Origin: Cyanophora paradoxa CCMP329
Taxonomy: Eukaryota > Plantae > Glaucophyta
Assembly (NCBI GenBank): GCA_004431415.1
Contig: QPMI01000428.1
Span: 1-64,000, forward strand
Reading direction: 5' to 3'
Length of the DNA: 64,000 bases
The notes below the pieces were generated by a model. The model was not told the DNA's origin and ran no database searches. It saw only the letters and a program-made list of their open reading frames with translations. Positions 30,792 to 40,659 of this stretch are shown here, piece by piece. Positions within the stretch are counted from its first letter, which is position 1. Each line of letters begins with the position of its first letter. Made by a program: the position numbers and the translations under genes.

Positions 30792-31742
30792 ATGTACCAG
30801 ATTACTGCGCCACCCGGTGCGTGGCAAATTGACGTGCTGTTCATTGGGAGATTTCGCCTGTTCGCAGCGGTCGAGATTGCAACCCGTTTCGCTGTGGTCC
30901 GTAAGCTCGAGACTTTTAAGCAGCTTCCAAAAATGATCGAGCAGCTACCTGGAATATGGGGCTTTTCAGGAGACAACGGCTTCAACACAGCAGCAATTCG
31001 GGAAATGGCTGAAGAGAACTCGTTGAAAATGCACACTGATGTGGCTAAGGATGATCACATTTCAAAAGGCTCCAAGCTGGGAATTATCGACAGGTTCGCG
31101 AGGACATTGCGAGCACTGATTCAGACTGATACAGAAGCTCGTGGCTCCCCGCATTTCCTCTCACGTTTGCCGGCAATTGTCAAGGCGTACAATGAAACAG
31201 CCCACAGCTCTTTCGGCGGGGAGCACTCACCAAAGTGGATGCGGGAAAATACACAGGTAGCCGAGCAGCTGCATCAAGTTAGACAGCGACAGAACGATAT
31301 TGAACGAGACAATTCGAACATACCGCGCACAGGGACCGAAGTGCAAGTCCTGGAGCCGAAGCCAAGCGTTTTTGCGAAGGGAACCACAAAGCCAAGCAAG
31401 GAGACGTACATAGTTGCTGGCGCAGACAAGAACCGTGTTCGACTCGTTACAAAACAGGGTGTGGAAATTTCTAGACGTGTTAAACCATCGGAAATACGTC
31501 AACCGCGTGAGCTTGCACCTCAAACACGAATCGAAAAAGAAGAAGTGCAAATGCGACAGCAGAGACGATTGAGACGTGAGGGTTTGATCGAAACAAAAAA
31601 ATACAGCGGTCAAAGCCGGCAGTATCGAGAGCTCAAGAAGCTTGAGATTGCAGGGGAGCCAAAGCTACGAGCAGGTGCTAAAGCTGCATCACCTCGAGCT
31701 CTACAGAAGCTCCGCTCTTCGCGAGGCATCTACGCGCAATAG
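30792..31742 (+). CDS. rve-family integrase
   Basis: WQIDVLF, GDNG, GIIDRFARTLR, YNETAHSS, followed by an SH3-like tail. Confidence 0.85.
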   Translation: MYQITAPPGAWQIDVLFIGRFRLFAAVEIATRFAVVRKLETFKQLPKMIEQLPGIWGFSGDNGFNTAAIREMAEENSLKMHTDVAKDDHISKGSKLGIIDRFARTLRALIQTDTEARGSPHFLSRLPAIVKAYNETAHSSFGGEHSPKWMRENTQVAEQLHQVRQRQNDIERDNSNIPRTGTEVQVLEPKPSVFAKGTTKPSKETYIVAGADKNRVRLVTKQGVEISRRVKPSEIRQPRELAPQTRIEKEEVQMRQQRRLRREGLIETKKYSGQSRQYRELKKLEIAGEPKLRAGAKAASPRALQKLRSSRGIYAQ

Positions 31743-32022
31743 CATTCCTGTGGTACTCCCGGATCCTATCAGGATTCTCAGCTCGATACTTCGCTGTGAT
31801 GGCAAGCTGTTTCAAACGGTATGTTTCGTTCGTGTGGCGCAGTTTGCGATTGCGTTCAGCATTCTTTCTGCGTCGCTCTGCTAAAATCTCCGGGGTGACC
31901 TCCATCGGTTTAGGCCCCTTCTTCTTCGGCTGATAAGGCTCCATTGTTAAAAGACGAACCTTAGGGGGTCGCCCACGGCCACGTTTAACCGCAACGCAAT
32001 CCGCAGTAATTGCAGAAGTCAT
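31678..32022 (-). CDS. Basic AT-hook protein
   Basis: KRGRGRPPK AT-hook plus a basic helix. Confidence 0.65.
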   Translation of the reverse strand: MTSAITADCVAVKRGRGRPPKVRLLTMEPYQPKKKGPKPMEVTPEILAERRRKNAERNRKLRHTNETYRLKQLAITAKYRAENPDRIREYHRNAIARRCLAKSGASVELEVMQL

Positions 32023-32153
32023 TGTTCGGTTTGTCTCTCAATAATAAGAGACATAAATCCTTTTAAGACAAATTAGCGCGACTTTTAAGTCTTAAAGATA
32101 ATGCAAACTGTAAATGTAACGAAAAAGTCGCAGACAAGCAGCTCGCTGCGCAG

Positions 32154-32716
32154 ATGGAGGTCATCGTTCCAGATGTTCCAGAGGGAGCTGCTTTGATTCC
32201 GTTAGGCGGTATTCGCAATCGGCGCAAAGTAATCGTCGCCTACGCTTTTGTATCACAGGATGATGCTGATCGAGTGCTGGAGAAACGATGGTGTTTGAAC
32301 AATGGTTATACCTCGAGCAAGATCAATGGAAAGAATATGTATTTGCATACGTTCATTGTTGGGAGACTTGAGAATGACCTTACTTCATTGTTGGGAGACT
32401 TGAGAATGACCTTACTGTAGATCACATTAATAATAACAAACTCGATAATCGTCGCGAGAATCTACGTTTGGCGACAAAGCGTCAGCAGATGTTGAACCAA
32501 AACCGTCGGCTCACAAACACATCAGGATTCATTGGCGTCAGCTTCTATGAGCGACTTTGTAAATGGAAAGCAAATTACAGGATCAATGGCCGTCTAAAGA
32601 ACATCGGCTACTTTGCAACCGCCGAAGCAGCAGCTCAAGCTCGTGATGCTTACGTTATAGAACATACCAGCGAAGAGGACAAGCCGTTTCTGCGGCTGAA
32701 CTTCCCACAGGTTTGA
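32154..32716 (+). pseudogene. HNH-AP2 endonuclease disrupted by a 32-bp tandem duplication
   Basis: VDHINNNKLDNRRENLR and SGFIGVSF...WKA...IGYFATAEAAAQARD. 32352-32383 is duplicated at 32384-32415. The D2 copy is intact. Confidence 0.92.
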
Positions 32717-32747
32717 ATGAAGGGAATAACACCCCTTTATCTTTTTA

Positions 32748-33083
32748 ATGGAACTCGAACTCGAAACGGCAGAGGAAGAGTTAAATCTAGAAGACTGTTG
32801 GCCAGGCAGGAGTCAACTCACCCCAAGTCACTGCATCAGCTTTGGTATTTTTAAAGGAGCCTCCTACCTGTGGATCGCGACATCACGTCCAGAATATACA
32901 AGTTGGTTGCTCAAACAGTCCTGGCTACCGACTTTCGATCGCGCTGCTTTTTTACGCGCACAAAGCGCAATAGAGCCGAAGTCGTTCCAGAGGCTTTGTC
33001 AACAGCATAAACGCGGTCCGCGCTCACGCCTTCATATATCAAAACCTGAAACGAATGACCCATTCAACGAAAAGACGCATTAG
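32748..33083 (+). CDS. Small protein with ExoX-C/DUF3820-like 'FG..KG...Y..WL' domain
   Basis: ISFGIFKGASYLWIATSRPEYTSWLLKQ. Confidence 0.5.
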   Translation: MELELETAEEELNLEDCWPGRSQLTPSHCISFGIFKGASYLWIATSRPEYTSWLLKQSWLPTFDRAAFLRAQSAIEPKSFQRLCQQHKRGPRSRLHISKPETNDPFNEKTH

Positions 33084-33614
33084 ATTTGCTCGACTCGCTC
33101 CGGCATTATATTCGTCGAAGCAAGTGTTGAACTCTTTAACATTGCTCAAAATCGACGAAAAGCAAACGTACTCACAGTTCCGCCGAATCGTCGGACTGAT
33201 GCCACAAAGACGTTGAGTCGTTATGAAAAGGGTGGTGTTGTAATGACGGCCAGAAGTAAATAGCTTTTGCATGAGTCTGTCACTGTGGACATTTACTAGG
33301 TCATTGTCAAGTAAATCGTCTAAAACAATTGCAATCTTGCGATCATCATTTTTGCGTCTTCTTTCTTTTTGTCGTTCTAGCAGCGCTTCAACCAAAACTG
33401 GATCCCATTCTTCCTGGATATTACTTGGTCGTGTTGTATCATTCCATTGCCCAGTAAATGCGGTCGTACTGAAGACGTAAATATCGTCTAACTGTGGCGC
33501 TACAGCATTTAGCACGTGTTTTACGTAGGTGCTCTTGCCCGAGTTTGTTGGACCGACAAACAAGAACCGTTTAGGCAGTTTTATTTCTGTAGGATCAAAC
33601 AGTTTGATATCCAT
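32911..33614 (-). CDS. A32/FtsK-HerA genome-packaging ATPase (1-bp G-run indel near 33060)
   Basis: GPTNSGKS, IVLDD, SGRHYNTTLFITTQ, IRRNCEY. A full 234-aa version is at 60649. Confidence 0.93.
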
Positions 33615-34843
33615 CTAGAAGTTACTTACCTTTAGAGTTGACATTTGATACGAGTTAATTACGAGAACATTGTGGCGCAGGACGTGGAAGTCAACAACTG
33701 CTGGCGCTGCGTTTGTGCAGCCGGTCACAGTTAGCGAGCAGTAGCTGCTGCTGGAATTAAAGAAGTCTGTGTAGCCGAGGACAGCGTTATGCAGTGAGTC
33801 TTTGCCAGATTTCGAAAGCACAATCCCATAGACATTTCCGTCCTCGAAGCCAAGAGCTGAATTGCCAGTGGTTGCACCGCGGTATTGAGTTGGAATGTGA
33901 TAGCACGATGATACAAACCCAGAGATTGGCTTATTGCTGATGTCGAGAGTTCGGTTGTTGTGCATGATCTCAAACGAATCGATTTTCAGCGCATTTCCGT
34001 TGCCAGCAAATGAATTGTGATTGCGAGTGCCCAGGTGATTCGCATTACGCACTGTCATCAGGATCGCGTGCACAAGGCCGCTGACGTTGGCAAGGGAGAT
34101 TTCGACTGCATTCCCCGCGTCGTCAGTCTTTAACTGCCTCGAGCGCTTTGAAATAATCTCGGTGAAAGGAATTCGAATACCACCGCTCTCGTTTGCAGAT
34201 TTAAGCATAGACTCAGCCTCTTCGCTAGGGATATTCACGAACTGGCAAACCAGGGCACAATCCGTTAGAGTTGCAACAGCACTAGCGACAGTTCCAACCA
34301 CCGAAGCCGAACGGAAGTCAATCTCGACGGTGGGCATGTCAGCCAGTGCGAGGAGCGGGAAGTATGAATTGTCCCAGAGCTGGGAGGGGATCTTTAGCAC
34401 ATACTCGCGACTGGCATCGAGAATCTCAAGAGCAGCGTCCTTTCCAAAGCCGTAGCTGCTAGCAAAAGCCTGGGCGGATGCAACGCTATTATCGATGAGC
34501 GCGTTCACAGTAAGCCAGTCTCCTGGGATCACCATCTTGAAGGATCCATGAACAAAGCGCACGTTTTCAATAAATGCACCTGCGCCATTCGGCAGCACTG
34601 AGGCGGCCGCTCCGCCAGCGACGCTGACCTTAAAGTATAGCGAGACACCGTTTAGAAGTTGCTTGCGCGGAAGGTCGAAAGCGGCAGTCTGCGCGAAGCC
34701 GTACGAGTTGCCTCGCGGACGGATCGTTTCAAGGAAAGGCTTGAACTTGGGGCTGACACCGACAGTGAGACCCGGGATAGATAAAGCTCGCTTGAACCTT
34801 TGGTAGTGAGGAGCTCCTTTAGAGTTGTTCCTGCTTGCGCCAT
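33615..34843 (-). CDS. Double-jelly-roll major capsid protein, NCLDV-like (consensus 409 aa; 1-bp indel near 34773)
   Basis: The D1/D2 consensus reads MAQAG..LLTTKGSSELYLS...FAQTAAFDLPR...IENVRFVHG...GDWL...IP....FPLLAL...VEIDFR, which parallels NCLDV capsid motifs. It lies between the ATPase and the penton. Confidence 0.85.
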
Positions 34844-34887
34844 TTGCTATTATAGACCAGAAAATTTTCATGCATATTGTTGTAAAG
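34844..34887. promoter_or_regulatory. 44-bp AT-rich bidirectional MCP/penton promoter region
   Basis: This is the only sequence between the two divergent ATGs. Confidence 0.55.
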
Positions 34888-35787
34888 ATGAAGCTCCGCG
34901 TAAATGTCGATTCTAGGGACCGGTTCGAAGGCACGTCCTCGAATTTCAAGATCAATCTCCCAAGGCCCCTCGTTAATGTAAAGTCGGTGCGAGTTGATTC
35001 GCTAGAACTGTTTCATAACATGTTCAACCTGTCCACACAAGCCGCAATTATCACCGGCACCCTTGATCCCTCTGGCGTTGAGAAAACACGTGCCAACACT
35101 TTCAAGCCCGGAGTCTATACGCCAACCTCCCTTGCAAACTATCTAAGCACGCTTCTTAAAACCCAGCAGTATAGTTACGGTGGAACTACTTATCAGCGCA
35201 AGTTCGTCGTTCAGTTCGAAGAGATCTCAATGCGGCTTAGGTTCCTGTGTGAAGCGGACTTTATTTTGAGCTTCACATCGGCCGAACTAGCGAACCTGCT
35301 CGGGTTTGCGAAGACTCTCAGTGACCTTTCCAGTGAGCTTGACACACCTGAGACAATCGATGGCGTACAATATTCGTACGAGCTGTTCAGCGATATGCCA
35401 GTTGATCTACTTTATCACACGTATTTGTTCCTGTACATTCAGCAGATCAAAGGCTCGATCTTGACACTTAACCCCTATACAACGGGCTCGATCGCAAAGA
35501 TTCACATCGACTCAAAATTCGGGGAGCTCATCAAGTTCACATCTGAGGATCGTGTTCCCGTCACAGGCTTCGATCGAAACGCTGAGCTGTCTGAACTTGA
35601 CATATCGCTGCGCTATCATAATGGAACAGACGCTGTCACAAACACGGAGTTCTCGTTCGTGCTAGAGTTCGATATCGAGGATGTCTCTTACACGTCTGCT
35701 GCTGCTAAATCCGCAATCAAGAATGCAGCCAGCGAGTACGTCCCTTCGACAGATCGTTCGCATAAGTTTTTTCCCACTACTAGTTAA
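34888..35787 (+). CDS. Minor capsid protein (penton)
   Basis: MKLRVNVDSRDR...SSNFKINLPRPLVNVKSV...YLFLYI...IAKI...LSELDISLRYHNG...EFSFVLEF. Confidence 0.82.
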   Translation: MKLRVNVDSRDRFEGTSSNFKINLPRPLVNVKSVRVDSLELFHNMFNLSTQAAIITGTLDPSGVEKTRANTFKPGVYTPTSLANYLSTLLKTQQYSYGGTTYQRKFVVQFEEISMRLRFLCEADFILSFTSAELANLLGFAKTLSDLSSELDTPETIDGVQYSYELFSDMPVDLLYHTYLFLYIQQIKGSILTLNPYTTGSIAKIHIDSKFGELIKFTSEDRVPVTGFDRNAELSELDISLRYHNGTDAVTNTEFSFVLEFDIEDVSYTSAAAKSAIKNAASEYVPSTDRSHKFFPTTS

Positions 35788-35790
35788 AAG

Positions 35791-36447
35791 ATGTCGACAG
35801 ACAAGCAGTCTCGGCTGCGCACTCCGCGAAAGAAGTCGACAGACATGCAGTCTTGGCTGCGCACTTCCAGCCCTACTAAGAAGAATCACATCGAGTTCTT
35901 GAGTGGTGATACTGATGCTTACCCGCTAGCCCGTCGCGCTGGTGGCGGTGAGGGTGCATCCAACGACTATGCTCTTACCGCCGATGAGAACGCTATTCTT
36001 GATAAGATCCCGAATTCTCGGACTAAGAAGACCAAGACTAGCAAGCTAAGGGATACCGACGATGGGCCGCTGTACATCTCAGAGACGGCTAATCGTAGCA
36101 GGTATTTCATTAAAACTGTGACCGGTCTTAAAACAGTTTCAAAGAAGCGAGCTAGTGATCTTATAGCTGGCATCGCGGCTGAGACTAAGATGGAGAACAA
36201 GATTTTAAATGAACCGATCACGAAGACAAAGGTCGATAAGAAGGTTGCCCCTCCTGCATCTGCTGTTCCTGCTAAGACGATTGTTGCGATCCCCGAGGTC
36301 GATGAGAATGCTAGCGAGCTGCCTGTAGCTAACGCATCGATCCTGCGCATCGCCTCTAGCAGTGCTGATCCTGTCGGGCCGGCGATCGAGTACAAGCCAA
36401 TGCTGAGCGGCTTCACTAAGCTAGGGCTCCGGCATCGCTGGGAGTGA
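35791..36447 (+). CDS. Basic hypothetical protein (possible core/DNA-binding)
   Basis: K/R/S/T-rich ORF starting 3 nt after the penton stop, conserved in D2. Confidence 0.6.
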   Translation: MSTDKQSRLRTPRKKSTDMQSWLRTSSPTKKNHIEFLSGDTDAYPLARRAGGGEGASNDYALTADENAILDKIPNSRTKKTKTSKLRDTDDGPLYISETANRSRYFIKTVTGLKTVSKKRASDLIAGIAAETKMENKILNEPITKTKVDKKVAPPASAVPAKTIVAIPEVDENASELPVANASILRIASSSADPVGPAIEYKPMLSGFTKLGLRHRWE

Positions 36448-36818
36448 ATGCCTGTAACGATGCCTGTAACGATTGGCTTGACGGCTTGGCTCGGGCTTGG
36501 TCTCCGGGATCCGGCTTGGCACAGGGCTTGTCTCGGGCTTGTCTCCGGCTTGTCTCCGGCTAGCTATCAGCGCACTATCAGCGCACTATCAGCGCACTAT
36601 CAGCGCACTATCACTTTTATGCCAGCGCATAGAAGCTCGTCTACATTACTATACTTTTATGCCAGCGCATAGAAGCTCGTCTACATTACTATACTTTTAT
36701 GCCAGCGCATAGAAGCTCGTCTACATTACTATACTTTTATGCCAGCGCATAGAAGCTCGTCTACATTACTATACTTTTATGCCAGCGCATAGAAGCTCGT
36801 CTACATTACTATACTTTC
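36447..36818. repeat. Subterminal tandem-repeat block (12-bp x2, ~10-bp, 11-bp x4, 40-bp x5)
   Basis: ctatcagcgca x4 and acttttatgccagcgcatagaagctcgtctacattactat x5. Confidence 0.95.
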
Positions 36819-36891
36819 TGTCCAAATCTTCAACATCTCTCGATCTTTTCGTTTTTTAGGACTTCCTGTCCAAATCTTCAACATTGCTACT

Positions 36892-37319
36892 GGCGCTATC
36901 ATCCACACAGTATTATTGACTAACTAGAACCTAAACTCGCATATGCAATCAGCTTCGATTATATAGTTTTATCGTCTAGCTAGAACCTGGAAACCTCTCC
37001 GCTATTTAGATAGGAAGAACACAGTATTAACGCCTAGCTGCTGATTAAGCTATCTCTGCAGACCGTCGCGTTGGGGGCCCGTCTCAAATCACTGCTATAT
37101 CTTTTGCAAGATCGATTGGAGTAGACGTTAGATACTACCTAGTGGTTGCTGGATGGAAGGGGAGGTAGACCAGAGGGAGAGAAGGGCGGTAGACGTAGCG
37201 GAAGGGTTGGCGAGAGTGATGGCTGGGAAGACGCTGGATTGGGTGGGTTGGGGTGGGTTCGGAGAGGTGAGGGTGGTGAAGAGGGGTGGGCCACAGAATC
37301 AGGTCCTCTCTCATTTTTT
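36892..37319 (-). repeat. Right TIR of D1 (~430 bp) with G-rich outer part
   Basis: The inner 123 bp match the left TIR. The whole segment matches 56986-57413 inverted. Confidence 0.85.
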
Positions 37320-37332
37320 CTGCTCATTGCAA

Positions 37333-40300
37333 GCCGTCGCGGGATACGACCCTGCCGATTTCGGTATGCCTGCTGTGGGATCAACTAAACCTGCGAACAA
37401 AACATCATTCAGGTGACCGTGAAATTAAAACTGTCTTAATTTGCGAAGTCTTTGAAGGCGAAGCAAATTACAAAACGCCTTTGCAGCGGATACGGAGTGC
37501 GCGGGATTTACGCCAACTCCAGCAGCGGCCTGTTCTGGATGCAAGCCGAAGGATCTGCTGGTGCAAACATCTTGATCGGCTACCTGAATCTTGCGACCTC
37601 GGAGGTCACGACACTGTGGGAGTCCAAATCCGAGTGTCCGGCGAATAAGTCCAAGTGCACTGGCGCATACGCGTACAGGGGGTACACGGATTTAGGGGGG
37701 ACAACCGGGGACCAACGCTACTACGCATCCATGACTTACCACGCGGGCAAGATCTATGTCCTCGCGATGCGCAGTACGGCACGGAGTATAGCCGAATGTA
37801 ACTGTGACCCTTATCGGACTGGCGAGGTCAAGGACAGCAGCGAGGACGGAATCTTCAGCGTCGTCCTCTTCACCATCCCCTCTACAGGTGCTGGGCTTCC
37901 GTGTCTGAATCCGCTATCAATTGTTTGCTTTTACTCACAGGCGGTCTTTTTAGGAGGGCCCGCTTCGTTTGTTGCGGCCTTCGCGCGCGCCGCGTATGCT
38001 GATCACGATGGTTTCTATAGAATAGCACCAAATTCGCTGGTAGCCGAGGCTGTCGGCTCCTCCGTCCACGTCTACGCCGGCGTCCGCGAGTATGCGCCTG
38101 CGCATATGAGCGACGGTCGCCCGTCCCGTATTGTCAAGGTGCGTCCACCTCGCGTTGCGGCCGTCTGCTTCGACATGATGTGGGGCATACGCAGGTTGAG
38201 ATCGGTGCATCCTCCCCCGTCGTCTCGAACTTTACGACATTCCCGGCTGCGGCCGCGGGCTCCTCGCCGCCCGTCATCCACGGGCTCGCCATCGTGAAAA
38301 CAACGTGCGCTCGCGCATATGCTCGCACTTGCAGGATCGATGCAGCTTGACGTGCAAGTGCGCGCGCGGATCGGCGCAGCCACGGCCCGTGGCGGCTTGT
38401 GGCTCAGATCGAGGAGTCTTCGTCGAAGAGGTTCATCGCGTCGTACGACACCTCCGGCACCGAAGTGGCCGGCGAGAGGATCGAGTCCGCTGCCAAGTGC
38501 GTCAGCGTTTGCACCTCCGAACTTCGAGCTCTTTATTATTTTCAATTGCAAGACTGATACTTACGCCACCTTCAGCCCCTTTGGGGTGAAGAACTCGACA
38601 CAAGCGCCATACGTGGACACAAACGAGATCCGTCCGTTTCCGGCGCTCACAGATATCGGCACGCGCGATCACCCCATCATTTACTCCGCTTGGGCGAGAA
38701 TGCGCGACGACAGCGGAAGTGAGCTTGGCGCTTTTTACAAAGCACCCGCCGGTTTCATCTTCGCCCACCGCCTGAACACCACGATTGCGTTCCCCACCCC
38801 GAGCCCGAGCCCGTCGCCCAGCCCGTCGCCCAGCCCGAGCCCCTCCGGCACCCCGGTGCATGCCCTCGTTGCATGACTTCAGCTTGAGCTTGTTTCTGTA
38901 CATGTATATGTATAGCCCTGATCCCGACTTCCTCGTCGCTCTCAGAGCCCGTCGCCTTCCCCGAGCGCGACGCCCGCGGCCGAGGCGCCCTCGCCGGCGC
39001 CCTCGAGCCCCGTCCTCGCCGCCTCGCCGACGCCGGCGCCGACGCCGGGGACGGCTCCTACGCCGACCCCCGCACCGGCGGCGGCTTCCAACTCGAGCTC
39101 GACGGGCGCCGGCGCCGCGCCGGACGCGGCGATGGCGGCCGGCGTGACAGGCCCGACGTCGAAGGTGGTCGTCAAGTCCAACGTCACCGAGCAGTCCACC
39201 ACCGTCTCCACGAGCTTCGACAACGAGAGCAAGGTGCGTCCAAGAAGGCGTTTGATATTGTCCACTCAGAATTGTGCCTTACATCGGGCCGGGCAGTGCA
39301 AGGACTGGAAGCACTCGTTCAACCCGAACAAGGAGCGCAAGGGCCTGCTCGACACGCTCAACAAAGACCGCTCGGACAAGGACAAGTTCGACGACTCGAT
39401 GATCACCGTGGGCAACGCCGACTGCAAGAGCTCGTGCGCGGGCGCTTGAGTCTCAAATCGTCGCTTAATCGGTATATTCAAACTCGGAATCAAACGTCTC
39501 GCAGGCGCAAGGCGGCCCGCCGCCTGCTGGCGACGACGGGCGCCTTCGGCGTCGTCGTGCGGGACCAGATCACCGCCAGCGGCACCACCGGCGCCCTCGG
39601 CGCCTCCGCCCTCTTCACGGCGCTCAAGGCGGCCGTCAACTCGGGCCAAGTCACCGTGAGCGCGATGCTCGATCGCACCAATAAGCCATCGACATCTGAC
39701 GCGTCTCCGTCGCAGGTCAACGGGGCGAAGGCCTCGGGCGTCGCCGATCCCGTCGTGAAGGTGTACGCGCCGGGCACCTTCACGTACGAGCCGCCCGTCG
39801 CGGCCGCGGCGGCCGTGCAGGTGTCCCCATCCTCCGCCTCGATCCGCTTCCAGTCGACGCAGGCCGAATGCGACGCGCACATGAGCTCCAACACACTCCT
39901 CACTGTGCGCCTCAGCGCCCGTGGCCGTTGCTGAGCTCAATTAAACGTTAACACAAGCTTGGCCTCATACATACGATAACTGTTTTCAGTCGTTGATTAT
40001 ATTTTGCGAGCACAGGTCGAGGACGCGCTCTACGCGGCGATCAACGCGCTCAAGGGCCCCGTCTCGCGCTCCCAGGTGGCCGTGACGGGCATCGCCTGCA
40101 CGGGCGGCGGCTTCTCCGTTGCCGTCTCCCTCGGCGCCGGCAACGCGTACAAGACGGGCAAGGAGCTCGCCGACGCCGTCCAGGCGGCCGTCGCCGACCG
40201 CTCGCTCAAGCTCGGCCCGTACGCCGCCATCGCCGGCGGCGCCGGCCTGACCTCCGGCTCCGACACGTACTGGCCCTCGACCGGCGCCCGGGCCGCCTCG

Positions 40301-40363
40301 ACCGCGCTCGGGGCCGCCCTGCAGCTCGCCGCGATCGCCGGCCTCCTCGCCATCGCCGCGTAG
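37333..40363 (+). CDS. Host multi-exon cell-surface protein, Pro/Ser-rich, with hydrophobic (GPI-like) C-terminus; 5' part missing
   Basis: Spliceable exons (e.g. ag|gt 37412...cag|c gga tac), a PSPSPS stalk and the C-terminus ALGAALQLAAIAGLLAIAA*. No start or signal peptide is found after the TIR. Confidence 0.6.
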
Positions 40364-40659
40364 CCTAGTGCTAGTCCTAGCTATAGTAGCTTTAATTTTG
40401 GCGACGCCAACTTGGCAACGCTCGCGATCGCGCGCGTGTGATAAATGGCTATATATAATTCTTAGCTATAGCTAAATATATGATAGCTATAGTAATTATG
40501 TAACGCTCGCCGTACGCGTAGCCTGTAGCTAGCGCTAGCTATACTACTACGGTCTACGTATACGTACTTTTCGCGACTCCGGGGATCCATGTGCCCGTAA
40601 TGAAATAAATGTTTATATTAATATATATTCTAGAAGTGACAGATCGACGCGAACAGGGG

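Larger units (their letters stand above)
26472..37319 (+). mobile_element. Element D1: compact Polinton-like endogenous virus (~10.9 kb)
   Basis: pPolB, integrase, AT-hook, HNH-AP2, A32 ATPase, MCP and penton lie between inverted repeats. A second copy starts at 56986. Confidence 0.95.

Noticed and set aside
33615-34843. Programmed frameshift in the MCP 5' end
   Set aside because: The two copies have indels at different positions, consistent with sequencing error.
34844-34955. N-terminal extension of the MCP (MILKFEDV..., 446-aa ORF)
   Set aside because: It is antisense to the penton gene and arises from a C-run indel. The D2 copy shows the real start, MAQAG.
36613-36818. 40-bp repeats as a CRISPR array
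   Set aside because: The units are contiguous and identical, with no unique spacers and no cas genes.
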